DNA of 64,000 nucleotides from Patescibacteria group bacterium. Its GTDB lineage: Bacteria > Patescibacteriota > Minisyncoccia > 2-02-FULL-40-12 > GWA2-44-9. Position numbers and translations under genes: made by a program. Location of the stretch: NCBI GenBank assembly GCA_038064515.1, contig JBBTSY010000004.1:96585-160584 (forward strand), in the 5' to 3' direction. Of this stretch, positions 8,077 through 18,655 are shown one piece after another (position 1 is the first letter of the stretch; each line of letters opens with the position of its first letter). The notes under the pieces are model-generated. The model did no database searches and was not told where the DNA came from. It saw nothing but the letters and a program-made list of their open reading frames with translations.

Positions 8077-9546
8077 TTATTCATCTAACGATTCTTTTTC
8101 TTTGCTCTTGGATGGCTTCTGGTTCTCTAGCCATTCTTTGACCAAGAGCGTTGCGCGGACATCGTCTTCATTATAGCGGAGAAGCCGCTTGAGGATAGAT
8201 TCGTCGCCTTTATCGAGCCACTCGTTATACCAAACTACCGACTCTGCCCCGCCAGCGTTGGGGTTATCCCAGCGATAGCCGAGATGATAAGCAATATCTT
8301 TAAGCGTGTAGAAATAGACCGGCAGGACCACGGAATCTACAAACCGTGTATGGAGGTCAATCGTATTTTCTCGAAACTTGTGAATCAGTTCCGTGGGCGC
8401 GCCATACTGAACTACCATGCGATCAAACACCTGGTTTTCATAGTAAGCATAGTGATAGATGACAAAATCATCGAGTGTGACCAGGAAATCCAAAAAATCC
8501 CGCCACATTTTTTGTTCTTCGCTCTTTTCTTTGGCCAAGAAGTATCGGTATTGTGTTTCTTCCGTTTCCGTATTCTTAATCAGCACGCCCAAAAGATAAT
8601 CAATATCGCGCGTCGGATCGCTTTCGATATCAAAGTATACCTCATGCTTTACCTTCGGAAATTCCGGTTTGCGAAGGATCATCGGCTCACCCGATATGAG
8701 AACTTTTGCCTGGTTATTGAGGCGGACTAATTTATCAAATGGCCACTCTTCCAGCTTACTGCGCAGATCATCAAGATTGGCATCAGCCATATCCTGTACG
8801 GTTTTAATGCCGATGTTGTAGAGCTGGCGCTGATCAGATTGACTAAGGCGATGAATGAGCGAAACGTCGTTACAGCCTTGCGCATCAGAGAGGCATACCG
8901 AGTACCAGGGCGTTCGCTTACATCCGCCCTTAAGAAACGGTGCCGGTTTTTCGCCGTTGAGAACTTTTTCAATTTGCTCGCGGGTCAGATGAAACTGATC
9001 AACAAAATCATTTACTAAAAAAGAGCGTTCGTTATTGTTCGCATCAATTACATAGGCTTCTTTGGGCCGCACGCCTTGGAGTTTTTCCAAGATCAAGCTG
9101 TAAAACACGAGCGGAAACTTGAATTCATCCCGAAGATCGAGTGATTGCTGGGCATCATAAGCAACGTAATACCAATCGCCAAATTCTGACTTCTCCGGCT
9201 CGCCTTGAATCTGGTGAAGGGGACGCGCTTCCAGAAGATCGGGCATACCTACCCACTTGCTGCTCATCAATACGCCATGATAGATATTCTTACCCTGCTT
9301 CATGAGTTCCAGCGTTGCTAGAAATGCTTCGTCGAGGTCGCGGAAAAGTTCGGGTTTAATTTCTTCAAATTTCTTGTGCTCCCGAAGCATCGAGCCGGCA
9401 TCGCGCATTTTTCCTTTGAAAATCGTTTCCAAGAGAGGCGCCATCTGTCGCTTTCGCGTAGAGTCGCCATAAATGTCATACCAAATCCAGTGCGGACATT
9501 GGAAAAATTTATAAAAATGATCGGATGTCAGTTTTGGTGTATCCAT
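8077..9546 (-). CDS. TM0106-family RecB-like nuclease with C-terminal RNase H-like domain
   Basis: GMPDLLE, YFDIESDP, IYHYAYYE, YTLKDIA..LGY.W, YNEDDVRAT motifs. Confidence 0.82.
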   Translation of the reverse strand: MDTPKLTSDHFYKFFQCPHWIWYDIYGDSTRKRQMAPLLETIFKGKMRDAGSMLREHKKFEEIKPELFRDLDEAFLATLELMKQGKNIYHGVLMSSKWVGMPDLLEARPLHQIQGEPEKSEFGDWYYVAYDAQQSLDLRDEFKFPLVFYSLILEKLQGVRPKEAYVIDANNNERSFLVNDFVDQFHLTREQIEKVLNGEKPAPFLKGGCKRTPWYSVCLSDAQGCNDVSLIHRLSQSDQRQLYNIGIKTVQDMADANLDDLRSKLEEWPFDKLVRLNNQAKVLISGEPMILRKPEFPKVKHEVYFDIESDPTRDIDYLLGVLIKNTETEETQYRYFLAKEKSEEQKMWRDFLDFLVTLDDFVIYHYAYYENQVFDRMVVQYGAPTELIHKFRENTIDLHTRFVDSVVLPVYFYTLKDIAYHLGYRWDNPNAGGAESVVWYNEWLDKGDESILKRLLRYNEDDVRATLLVKEWLENQKPSKSKEKESLDE

Positions 9547-9550
9547 ATAT

Positions 9551-10119
9551 TACGCCCCATGACACTTTTTAATCTTCAATTCCTGTCCACAGGAATCGTT
9601 ATCAAGACAGGGCTGTACTTAAGGTGATTCCGCAAGCTATCAATTCCTTTCTTTATAATATCCTTAGGAATTTTCTTCAATCTTCCATCAGCTGGATCGG
9701 CAATTTTTATAGAATCCTTGTCTTGATTTAATGCTACTACGAAGTGTGGGGCGTGAAGAATTTTTTGAAGATAATAACAATCCAGATAAACAATTACTTT
9801 GCCACTCTCCAAAAGTTTACTAAGCAATTTGGCATCAATTTTTTCATTCACCAATTTAACACCATCACCTTTTTGCTTTTGAAGTTGGCTGAAGTAATAT
9901 CTATTTTCAACATGCGCTATAATTTCTTTTTTATACTTATTGGCAACATAATTAAGCTGTCCAATAAGATAATTAAACTTCCATCCGTGTTTCCAGATTT
10001 CTATCTCATCCTTTCTTGTTTTGCCAGTTACAATAAGAAGGCAGCATGGCAAACAAGTTTCGTATGTTGATTGCTTTATTATCTTCATATTATCTTCCTA
10101 CGCCCCATGACACTTTTTA
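9551..10119 (-). mobile_element. Single-gene cassette bounded by a 21-bp duplication of the secA 3' end
   Basis: TACGCCCCATGACACTTTTTA identical at 9551-9571 and 10099-10119 (encodes KCHGA plus the first two bases of the stop on the minus strand). Confidence 0.8.
9576..10088 (-). CDS. C39-like cysteine peptidase (single domain)
   Basis: QSTYETC (catalytic Cys), HFVV (His), IADPADG (Asp); more AT-rich than its neighbours. Confidence 0.75.
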   Translation of the reverse strand: MKIIKQSTYETCLPCCLLIVTGKTRKDEIEIWKHGWKFNYLIGQLNYVANKYKKEIIAHVENRYYFSQLQKQKGDGVKLVNEKIDAKLLSKLLESGKVIVYLDCYYLQKILHAPHFVVALNQDKDSIKIADPADGRLKKIPKDIIKKGIDSLRNHLKYSPVLITIPVDRN

Positions 10120-12728
10120 TACTTTTTCCCGCTACCGCAAGGGCAGGGGTCATTCCTGCCCACCTTATCTTTTTCGCCGGCATTGATTGTTTCTTGGTGA
10201 GTTGATTCCGGAGCGCTGATATTGAGCGGGCCGCTCTCATGCATCTGCGGTTTTTCGGGAGCCGTTATAAGTTCAACTTTATAGATTACGTTCGCAACCT
10301 GGGCTTTCACGGATTGCAATAGCTGGTCAAAGAGACGCTGGGCCTCAAGCTTATACTCGACAAGCGGATCGCGCTGGCCATAGGCGCGTAGACGCACAGA
10401 ATCGCGTAGATGCTCCATTTGGTCGATATGATCCATCCATAATTGATCAATCGTGCGCAAGAGCACCATCCGCTCTAGCATTCGCATCTGTTCCATGCCG
10501 GTTTTCTCTTCTCTATCCTTATAGAGTCGCTCCAGCTCGTCGCGGACAAAGGTAATCAAATCTTCGCTATGCCCGCCTTTTACTTTTTCGTCCAGCGCGG
10601 ACGTAAATGGCGCGAGCGACTTCAAGCCCTCGGTAAGCTCGGATGAATTCCACTCACCCGTTTCGGTAGTCGCATGGACGCGGATGATATTCTCAACAAA
10701 CTCGTGAACATATCCCATGATTAAATTTCGCAGATTCTCGGCACCAAGGGCTTTTTTGCGCAGATTATAGATGCTCACGCGATGTTTGTTCATCACATCA
10801 TCGTACTCAAGAACATACTTGCGGGCGTCAAAATTGTGACCCTCAATGCGAGTTTGGGCTTGCTGGATAGCGCTTGAAATAAATGAGTTCTCGATAACAT
10901 CGTCATCACCCACACCCATCGTTTCCATAATTTTCTTGAGGCGATCCCCGCCGAAAATGCGGACAAGCTCGTCTTCCGTGGAAACAAAGAATTGAGAAGA
11001 TCCCGGATCGCCTTGACGTCCCGCGCGGCCACGTAGCTGGTTATCGATGCGGCGCGCTTCGTGACGCTCGGTACCGATCACATGGAGGCCGCCGGCATTG
11101 CAGACTTTCTCCGCCTCTCCCTGGTCGGGCGGATTACCGCCTAAGATAATATCAACACCGCGGCCGGCCATATTGGTTGCAATCGTTACGCCGCCATAGC
11201 GGCCTGCCTGCGCGATGATTTCTCCTTCTCGCTCGTGATTCTTGGCGTTTAATACATTGTGGATAATCCCTTCTTTTTCGAGAATTGTTGAAAGTATTTC
11301 ATTTTTTTCAATAGAAACCGTGCCAACGAGTACCGGCTGGCCATTGGCATTGCGTTCTTTGATCTCCCGAGCGATTGCTCGAAATTTCCCCGTTTCATTT
11401 TTATAGATACGGTCTGGAAAATCTTTACGAATCGCCATTTTGTTCGTGGGAACAGAGATGACATCCAGATTGTAGACTTTATGAAATTCTTCAGCGGAAG
11501 TTTTGGCCGTACCGGTCATGCCGGAAAGCTTTTTATAGAGACGAAAATAGTTTTGGAAGGTAATTGTCGCCAAAGTGCGCGATTCATTTTCAACTTTCAC
11601 GCCTTCTTTTGCTTCGATGGCTTGGTGAAGGCCTTCTGACCAGCGCCGGCCGGGCATCAATCGCCCCGTAAATTCATCAACAATGATAACTTCGCCGTCC
11701 TTGACGACATAATCGCGATCAAGTTTAAAGAGCGCCTGCGCCCGCAGCGCTTGTTCCATGTGGTGGACGTATTTAATGCCGCCTTCATCGTAGATATTTC
11801 CCATCCCCAACTGCTGTTCGACTTTTCCGATGCCGCTTTCTGTAATTGAAACCGCTTTTAGCTTTTCATCAACGACATAATCAGTCTCTCCATTGAGATG
11901 CGGGATGATTTTTGAAAAAGTCTCGTAGAGTTTCGGCGATTCGGCATCGGGAGCAGAAATGATCAGCGGCGTACGCGCTTCATCAATAAGAATAGAATCT
12001 ACTTCGTCGACAATAGCATAGGTATGCGGACGTTGAACCATTTCTTGCGCCGTGGGAACGAGATTATCGCGGAGATAGTCAAAGCCAAATTCATTGTTTG
12101 TGCCGTAGGTGATATCGGCGGTATATGCTTCTCGGCGAGCCACCGGCTTAAGAAATTCGTGAATAACTTTAAAGCTCCCCTCAATATCCCGCTCCTTATC
12201 CAGGGCTTCGCCCTCTGCGGCTTTAGCGAACGAGGGATCATAGCGATAGGCGGAATCATGATTTATACACGCAACCGTCAATCCAAGGACATGATAAATC
12301 TGACCCATCCAGACAGTATCGCGGCGGGAGAGATAGTCGTTGACGGTTACGATATGAACGCCTTCGCCGGCAAGAGCATTGAGGTAAGCCGGAAGCGTGG
12401 CCACCAATGTCTTACCTTCACCGGTTCGCATTTCGACGATCTTTCCTTGATGCAAGGCAATGCCACCCATGAGCTGAACATCAAAATGACGTTTTTGAGA
12501 AACGCGGCGAGATGCTTCGCGCACTGCCGCGAATGCTTCCGGCAAGATGCCGTTAAGCAATTCGCCGTCTAAAATCCGTTTTTTAAATTCTAACGTCTTA
12601 TCGCGCAACTGATCGTCCGAAAGCACTTGGAAATCCTTTTCCAGAGCATTAATAGCGTCTACGATGGGCTGAAGTGATTGAATATACCTGGCGTTGGCAT
12701 CACCAAATACGCGAGAAAGGAAAGACAT
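10098..12728 (-). CDS. secA: Protein translocase ATPase SecA
   Basis: [55 protein letters not shown]-terminal [19 protein letters not shown]. Confidence 0.99.
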   Translation of the reverse strand: MSFLSRVFGDANARYIQSLQPIVDAINALEKDFQVLSDDQLRDKTLEFKKRILDGELLNGILPEAFAAVREASRRVSQKRHFDVQLMGGIALHQGKIVEMRTGEGKTLVATLPAYLNALAGEGVHIVTVNDYLSRRDTVWMGQIYHVLGLTVACINHDSAYRYDPSFAKAAEGEALDKERDIEGSFKVIHEFLKPVARREAYTADITYGTNNEFGFDYLRDNLVPTAQEMVQRPHTYAIVDEVDSILIDEARTPLIISAPDAESPKLYETFSKIIPHLNGETDYVVDEKLKAVSITESGIGKVEQQLGMGNIYDEGGIKYVHHMEQALRAQALFKLDRDYVVKDGEVIIVDEFTGRLMPGRRWSEGLHQAIEAKEGVKVENESRTLATITFQNYFRLYKKLSGMTGTAKTSAEEFHKVYNLDVISVPTNKMAIRKDFPDRIYKNETGKFRAIAREIKERNANGQPVLVGTVSIEKNEILSTILEKEGIIHNVLNAKNHEREGEIIAQAGRYGGVTIATNMAGRGVDIILGGNPPDQGEAEKVCNAGGLHVIGTERHEARRIDNQLRGRAGRQGDPGSSQFFVSTEDELVRIFGGDRLKKIMETMGVGDDDVIENSFISSAIQQAQTRIEGHNFDARKYVLEYDDVMNKHRVSIYNLRKKALGAENLRNLIMGYVHEFVENIIRVHATTETGEWNSSELTEGLKSLAPFTSALDEKVKGGHSEDLITFVRDELERLYKDREEKTGMEQMRMLERMVLLRTIDQLWMDHIDQMEHLRDSVRLRAYGQRDPLVEYKLEAQRLFDQLLQSVKAQVANVIYKVELITAPEKPQMHESGPLNISAPESTHQETINAGEKDKVGRNDPCPCGSGKKYKKCHGA

Positions 12729-12836
12729 TTGAATGCCCTATGGTAGCAGAAAAGTTAGTATTCTTCAATCAGGTGAAAAATACGTTACTGTCTTCAAAAC
12801 CATTATGGAGTATTTGCCGAAATGAACCAAAACTCA

Positions 12837-13018
12837 CCGAGCATCGGAATAAGGAATGCCTAGAGCGACTGCCAGCAATTCGCAGAGAATGACGAAATTT
12901 GAGAGAAACGAAAAACTGGTCCGAACCCGATGAGGGGAACCAGTTTTTTGTCTTTCACAATGAGGAGTGAGTAAAGAATTGCCCAAGGCGCGAACTGCAT
13001 TCTGAATCCGATGCTCGG
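12837..13018 (+). ncRNA. Candidate 6S-like long-hairpin RNA (~182 nt)
   Basis: Closing stem CCGAGCATCGGA..GAATGC / GCATTC..TCCGATGCTCGG, inner stem GCAATTC/GAATTGC, ~18-nt central bubble, apical stem AAAAACTGGT/ACCAGTTTTT. G-U pairs favour the plus strand; strand is tentative. Confidence 0.45.
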
Positions 13019-13069
13019 GAAGTGGCTCAACGGAGACGTCGGGAATATGAAGCAGAGAAGCGAGCTAAG

Positions 13070-14824
13070 TTACCTGGCGATATCAACCCCTGTTCGGTAA
13101 GCATTCAATTCAGCTTCATTGATCGTGAAAATAGCGTTCCAGTCGCGGCCCGATGCCGTAAACTGCTCCCCGGGGATATTGAGCCAATGCTTAGTTCCAT
13201 CGGGCCAGATAGCATAGACTTTCTTGTCATTAATAACCCGGACATAGTTGGAAATTGCGTACTGATTGAATGTCGCGGGATTCACGGGAATTGTCTTGGA
13301 GGGGTCGAGGTGGCCATAAAGGGTGATGATCTCCGGGCGCAGGTAGCGTTTATAACTCCCCCACGTCACATAAGCTTCCGGTTCGGCGTTATCGTGTTTA
13401 ATAAGCGAACCTTCGGGAATCATCTGCCCATTCTCACTCCAGGCAGTTTCACTGGCTCGCGCCTGCTCATATGCGGCGGCATCCACGAGCGATGCCTTCA
13501 CGGAAAAATCAAACGCGGGCATGACACTCACCGATCCCACAGCATCATGTCCGTAGGTGACGGCAAGCATAATTTTTTGGACTTTTTTGCCGGATAATTC
13601 TTCTAAGGGAATGTAAATGATTCTTTTTCCCTGCACAAAATTTATCTTTTGAACTTCATACGTGCCGTCCGTATAGATGGCAAGCGCGGCCACCAGTGTA
13701 GTTTCCGCGGCTTGACCCGTCATATCGATTTTCGCAGTTGCCGCGGAATTGCCGCCGATAAAAAATTCCATCCAAGTTGGTTGCCAATACTTGATGGAGG
13801 CCATCGTGAAAATTTCCGCCTCTGAGAAGAGTATTTTTTGGCTAGTGGGCCCTACGCGGATACCCTGCAATTCAGGACGAGTATATCCATATCGAGAACT
13901 TAATCGATCATTAAAATATGAAGCCACCATCCAATCTATAAATATATCAGAGAATCTCTCCGGCTCATTATTTTGCGATAGAAAATTATTGAGAGAGGCG
14001 ATACCGGCGAAAGAACTCTTTGCCGACTCGCTTAAAATACGCGATCCGTAACGCCCCGTAAGATACTCGGCAAATACCGCGGCAATGCCGTAATCGCCCG
14101 GCAGATTGGCCCATTCAATCAGGCTATCGGATGGCGCGCGCAAGAATGTCTGCATCCGGCGCGAGAGACTCGAAGATTCAAAAGGTGAATTTTGGCCCAG
14201 AAGCGTCGCCGTATACTCCGAGCGCAATTCATTCAACCACACCTCTTCATTCACCCTGCGCAGGTCTCCTTTTTGATATGAAGAGATCAAGTGCTGAAAT
14301 TCGTGGCCTAAAAAAACTGGCATGAGATTCGTTGGCAGAGCATCCATGTTCAGCGAAATCATCTCCCGTTCATTAGAGTCTCTTCCCGGTTCTCGAGCAT
14401 ACGTATGTATGCTGTCAAAATAACCCCCGTTGCTCGTCGTAAGCGCTTCAAGAAGGATGGTTATCCTAGGGTCACCATCGATGCCCGGCTGCGGATCGGA
14501 ACCCCAGAATGCCGTTTCTTGCGGATATATATGCGTATCAAAATCTGATCCCAGTATCTGCATGCTTTGAATTAACGATGCCTGTAGTGACGGCGTTAAT
14601 TGATTCCAATACTTGTCATCGGTATAGAAATACAGGCGATCACTGATGTGACGCAATGTGGCGTCTAGTTGAGTTCGCGCATATTGATCGTACGTTTTAT
14701 TTACAAAGAAAGTCTCCCGCTGACCCAGCACATCTGCTTGGGCTAATGCCGGAACAAACGAAAAAATCGCACCGGCGAAAATGCCTGCCATAAATGTTTT
14801 CGTGATAACGAAGCGAATATTCAT
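13070..14824 (-). CDS. Secreted zinc metallopeptidase (M30/immune-inhibitor-A-like) with C-terminal cell-surface module
   Basis: Signal peptide ending ALAQA; GGYF, HEFQHLI (HExxH), WLNE; C-terminal YKRYL..YGHL..DKKVY..KHWLN. ORF track start 14851; ATG 14824 preferred. Confidence 0.75.
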   Translation of the reverse strand: MNIRFVITKTFMAGIFAGAIFSFVPALAQADVLGQRETFFVNKTYDQYARTQLDATLRHISDRLYFYTDDKYWNQLTPSLQASLIQSMQILGSDFDTHIYPQETAFWGSDPQPGIDGDPRITILLEALTTSNGGYFDSIHTYAREPGRDSNEREMISLNMDALPTNLMPVFLGHEFQHLISSYQKGDLRRVNEEVWLNELRSEYTATLLGQNSPFESSSLSRRMQTFLRAPSDSLIEWANLPGDYGIAAVFAEYLTGRYGSRILSESAKSSFAGIASLNNFLSQNNEPERFSDIFIDWMVASYFNDRLSSRYGYTRPELQGIRVGPTSQKILFSEAEIFTMASIKYWQPTWMEFFIGGNSAATAKIDMTGQAAETTLVAALAIYTDGTYEVQKINFVQGKRIIYIPLEELSGKKVQKIMLAVTYGHDAVGSVSVMPAFDFSVKASLVDAAAYEQARASETAWSENGQMIPEGSLIKHDNAEPEAYVTWGSYKRYLRPEIITLYGHLDPSKTIPVNPATFNQYAISNYVRVINDKKVYAIWPDGTKHWLNIPGEQFTASGRDWNAIFTINEAELNAYRTGVDIAR

Positions 14825-14915
14825 GCGAAGGTATGATATTAAGTGTAACAATAAACCGGCTGGTTGACAAAAAAGATTATTTTATTTACCGTAATGAGCA
14901 ATAGGCATCAAAACA

Positions 14916-16295
14916 ATGAAAAAAACTGCTCTCTTTGCCGCTGATATTATTATTCTTTACGGGGCCCTGATTGTCATGCTCTTAATTCGCTACCCCGCCG
15001 AGTTCAGGGAACAGCTTTCTCTTCATATCTTTCCTTTTAGTTTTTTATTTGTTATTTGGCTGGTTATTTTCTACATCAACGGATTATTTGACACTCGGAA
15101 CCTTAGAAATAATTCGTGGTTCTATTCCAGCCTTTTACGTTCAATCGGCATTGGCGCCGCCCTCGCCATTGCCTTTCTTTACCTTAGCCCGATTTTTGGC
15201 ATTACGCCCAAAACTAACTTATTTCTTTTCCTTATTTTATTTTCTTTCTTTGCTCTTGGGAGCCGATATTTCTTTAATCGACTCATTGAGAAACGCTTCC
15301 ACAAGCGGACGGTCATCGTTGGCATCAATCCGATTGCCCGTGAGCTCGCCCAGTTCATGAAAAACAATCCCCAGCTTGGTTATGAACTGAAATACATCGT
15401 TGATATCAATCCTGCAACCTTCCAGGATCAGAACAACGAATTCGCCGAATTTGGCATCATCCAAGGATTAGACAACATCGAACAGACAATTAGAAAAGAA
15501 AAGATTTCGGTGGTGATTTTAAGCCCTGAAGCGTATCAAGTGAAAGAAATCATCGATATCTTCTATAAGTCTCTTGAATACGGCGTCAATTTTTATAACT
15601 TGACGGGCATCTACGAGAAAATGACCGGGCGGGTTCCGTTGGATGCCATCAACCAAATTTGGTTCTTGGAAAATATAACAGAAGGAACTCGCCGCACATA
15701 TGAAGCAATGAAGCGGGTTTTTGATATCATCGGCGTATTCTTATTGGGCATTCCCACCTTACTTATGACCCCGATAATTGCTTTGGTAGTACGCTTTGAT
15801 TCACCGGGGCCTATTTTTTACAAACAGCAACGCGTGGGACAGCGCGGCAAAGTTTTCGAAATGTTTAAATTTCGAACGATGATTGCCAATGATGCCCGCG
15901 GCGGAGCAGAAGCGAATACTGGTCCGGTATGGGCACAAGAAAATGATCCGCGCATCACACGGCTTGGAAACTTTTTCAGAAAAACTCGCATGAATGAACT
16001 TCCCCAGATTTGGAATATCTTAAAAGGCGAGATGTCATTTATCGGACCTCGAGCAGAGCGACCGGAATTTCATAATAAGCTGATGCAAGAAATCCCTTTT
16101 TACGAAGAACGCTATCTCGTGAAACCCGGAGCAACCGGATGGGCACAGCTCCAAAAAAGCTACTATGCTTCCGTTATCGAAACAAAAGAGAAACTTCAAT
16201 ACGATCTCTACTATATTAAGAATCGTTCATTGATCCTCGATATAGGGATCATTCTTAAAACTCTCAACCTCGTACTTCGAGGTGGCGGCCGTTAG
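14916..16295 (+). CDS. Polyprenyl-phosphate priming sugar-1-phosphate transferase (WcaJ/WbaP-like)
   Basis: 4 N-terminal TMs, KRVFDI, FYKQQRVG, KFRTM, DPRITRLG.FFRKTRMNELPQ..N.LKGEMSFIGPR.ERP, KPGATGWAQ. Confidence 0.93.
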   Translation: MKKTALFAADIIILYGALIVMLLIRYPAEFREQLSLHIFPFSFLFVIWLVIFYINGLFDTRNLRNNSWFYSSLLRSIGIGAALAIAFLYLSPIFGITPKTNLFLFLILFSFFALGSRYFFNRLIEKRFHKRTVIVGINPIARELAQFMKNNPQLGYELKYIVDINPATFQDQNNEFAEFGIIQGLDNIEQTIRKEKISVVILSPEAYQVKEIIDIFYKSLEYGVNFYNLTGIYEKMTGRVPLDAINQIWFLENITEGTRRTYEAMKRVFDIIGVFLLGIPTLLMTPIIALVVRFDSPGPIFYKQQRVGQRGKVFEMFKFRTMIANDARGGAEANTGPVWAQENDPRITRLGNFFRKTRMNELPQIWNILKGEMSFIGPRAERPEFHNKLMQEIPFYEERYLVKPGATGWAQLQKSYYASVIETKEKLQYDLYYIKNRSLILDIGIILKTLNLVLRGGGR

Positions 16296-16311
16296 GCGTC
16301 AAGTTATTCTC

Positions 16312-18561
16312 TTAGAGTTCCCGGCCAAGTTCGCGGGCAAATTCCTGGGCGCTGGGCAAGAGCGACGGATCAATCGTTACTGCCTTGCGCGCCATCGCCA
16401 GCGCGTCATCAACTCTCCCCAGATTTGCGTACGCTACGGCGAGTGACGTGTAGTATTCAGAGTTTTTTGGATTAAGTTTAACAAGCCGCTCGTAAATATC
16501 GGCAAGCGCTTGATAATCCTTCCGAGCGACGTACTGCTGGGCTAAGTTCAGGTAGTCGCTTTCACTCGGCGCATATCCCCGGTCTAAAGCCATATTAATC
16601 ACCCGTAATCCTTCATCGGGATTGCCCCGAGTGATTTCCACAATTCCCCAATACCAATACGACAGTCCGACTTCAGGATTAAGCTCGGCCGCCTGCTTGA
16701 AATACTTAATGGCTGATTCATAATCTTTCTTATTTAGATATCCCTGACCGATTTCATAAAAAGTTCGAATGAATGTAGGAGAAATCTCCAGGGCGCGCAG
16801 AGAATGCTGTAAAGCTATGTCATTGTAAGGTGATTTTGCGTCGCCCCGACCCAAATTGATATTGAGGCGCGATAAATATAGCAGTGGAAGGTAATCGGCA
16901 GGATTTTCATCACGATTTTTCGTGATTTCGTCAATAGCAAGCTTCACCGCGGATTCAACCTCCGGAGTTTGCTGTTTGGCGCCGCTATATTCCAACAAGT
17001 ACTGCCCGAAACGATGGCGAATTTCATACCTGCCCGGAACATTATAGTTCATGGCTTCAGTGAATTTTACTACTGCTCCTGAAAAATCATTAGCCCAGCC
17101 GGCGATAATGCCTCGCGTTGAAGCATAATTTGCCTTAGACGGTATTATGTTCGTCCTGTATATCAAGACCAGAGCAGTAATAGCCAGTAGCGACCCCACT
17201 ATAAAGCGCAAGGCGGGATTAATCCGAACTGGTTGAGGAGAAGCTGTTATATCCCGATCCTTGCCACGCATCAAGAGGAAGGCAATAAATCCTAGTATTG
17301 TAAAAAATACGAGAAGATTAGCCGAGGTATCAAAAATAAACGCATTGTGAATCGCATACGCAACAATGAGCGAAGAAAGACCGATAGTATAGATATAGTT
17401 ATCAGTCTGCGCATGTCGAATGGTGCGCAATGCTCGAAAAGAAAAAAAGAAAATTCCTACATACGTAATGAAGCCAATTAATCCCATAGTCACCAACACT
17501 TCCACAAACATGTTGTGGGCGCGATCAAAAAGCGTTTCTGCGCCGTAACCGGTGAAAAATTTCGGATTGAAGTACTTTGAGAATGGGATATTAAAATTTT
17601 CCGGTCCCCACCCAAGAAGTATTCGCCGAGGGCTTTCGCTCCATCCTTTCAAACCAGCCTGCCATGCCCAAAATCGTGTTTTCGCCGTAAAGGATTCAAA
17701 CGAGGTATCCGTTACGCGGCGCAAAAATTTAGAATTTCCAATAAAACTCGCGTCTTTTAGGGGAGTGATGAGTATTACCACGAAGAGAGATGCTACCGTT
17801 GCAAGGCTTAGCAAAACCAGCTTTGCTTTCCGGGAATTTGTTTTCAAAAAATACCAAAGAGAAAACATTAGTAAGCCGGCCCCTAACCCTAACAACGAGC
17901 CGCGAACCACAGTCATGGTAACCGCCAAGGAGCCCAGAACTACCCCTGTTCCATATACAATCTTTTTAAACTGCGAGTTATTGGGGCGAAGCAGTAATGT
18001 TAGCGCTAAGAAAATATTAACAATCTCATAGCCGGCAAACAACGCCGCATTACCAATCGTACCAAAAATCCTTTCTCTCCCCCCTGAACCGATAAAGAAA
18101 CTGATATTCGTTTTCTGTCCAAAACCGTAGAGAGCAGAAAGAATGGCAGTCGCGATCGTACAGGTAAGGAACGTTTCCCAATGCTCCTGCTTACGCAAGA
18201 CGGCAGTCGCAATAATAAAGAACAAAAAATAATGGAAGAAAGTCCACAGTCCTCCCATACGTTCCAGCGTTCCCCAAAAACTGGCATAGGGCTGAATACT
18301 CGCAAGAGTGGTTACGCTGAAGGCCGCAACAAAAGCCAGGAGCGCCCAAAAAATAATATTCGTTTTTGGACGATATGATCGATCCTGCCAAAGGAGCAAA
18401 AGATAGCCCACAACCATCAGTTCAACAATACTTCTAAACACAACTACTTTGCCGAAATGGAACGGTGAAATAAACTGAGAAAAGATAATCAGCGGCATGA
18501 AAGCCGAAACGTAAATCGTATAGCGCAGAATTCGGGCGAGTAGCGGTTCTGATATCTGCAT
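16312..18561 (-). CDS. O-antigen ligase / O-oligosaccharyltransferase family membrane protein with C-terminal TPRs
   Basis: About 12 TMs, RIFGTIGN, GWGPENF, DRAHN (Wzy_C), TPR helices at the C terminus. Confidence 0.85.
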   Translation of the reverse strand: MQISEPLLARILRYTIYVSAFMPLIIFSQFISPFHFGKVVVFRSIVELMVVGYLLLLWQDRSYRPKTNIIFWALLAFVAAFSVTTLASIQPYASFWGTLERMGGLWTFFHYFLFFIIATAVLRKQEHWETFLTCTIATAILSALYGFGQKTNISFFIGSGGRERIFGTIGNAALFAGYEIVNIFLALTLLLRPNNSQFKKIVYGTGVVLGSLAVTMTVVRGSLLGLGAGLLMFSLWYFLKTNSRKAKLVLLSLATVASLFVVILITPLKDASFIGNSKFLRRVTDTSFESFTAKTRFWAWQAGLKGWSESPRRILLGWGPENFNIPFSKYFNPKFFTGYGAETLFDRAHNMFVEVLVTMGLIGFITYVGIFFFSFRALRTIRHAQTDNYIYTIGLSSLIVAYAIHNAFIFDTSANLLVFFTILGFIAFLLMRGKDRDITASPQPVRINPALRFIVGSLLAITALVLIYRTNIIPSKANYASTRGIIAGWANDFSGAVVKFTEAMNYNVPGRYEIRHRFGQYLLEYSGAKQQTPEVESAVKLAIDEITKNRDENPADYLPLLYLSRLNINLGRGDAKSPYNDIALQHSLRALEISPTFIRTFYEIGQGYLNKKDYESAIKYFKQAAELNPEVGLSYWYWGIVEITRGNPDEGLRVINMALDRGYAPSESDYLNLAQQYVARKDYQALADIYERLVKLNPKNSEYYTSLAVAYANLGRVDDALAMARKAVTIDPSLLPSAQEFARELGREL

Positions 18562-18595
18562 AGATACTATATATTACACGGATAAGACAGAACGT

Positions 18596-18655
18596 TCAAC
18601 TTTCCGCACCTTCTTAAATAAATATAATGCATATATTTAGAAGGTGTGGGGTCAA
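18596..18655. repeat. Degenerate short TIR element (..CACCTTCT / AGAAGGTGTGGGG) flanked by TCAA
   Basis: TCAA at 18596-18599 and 18652-18655; the right copy contains the TGA stop of the flippase gene. Confidence 0.5.
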
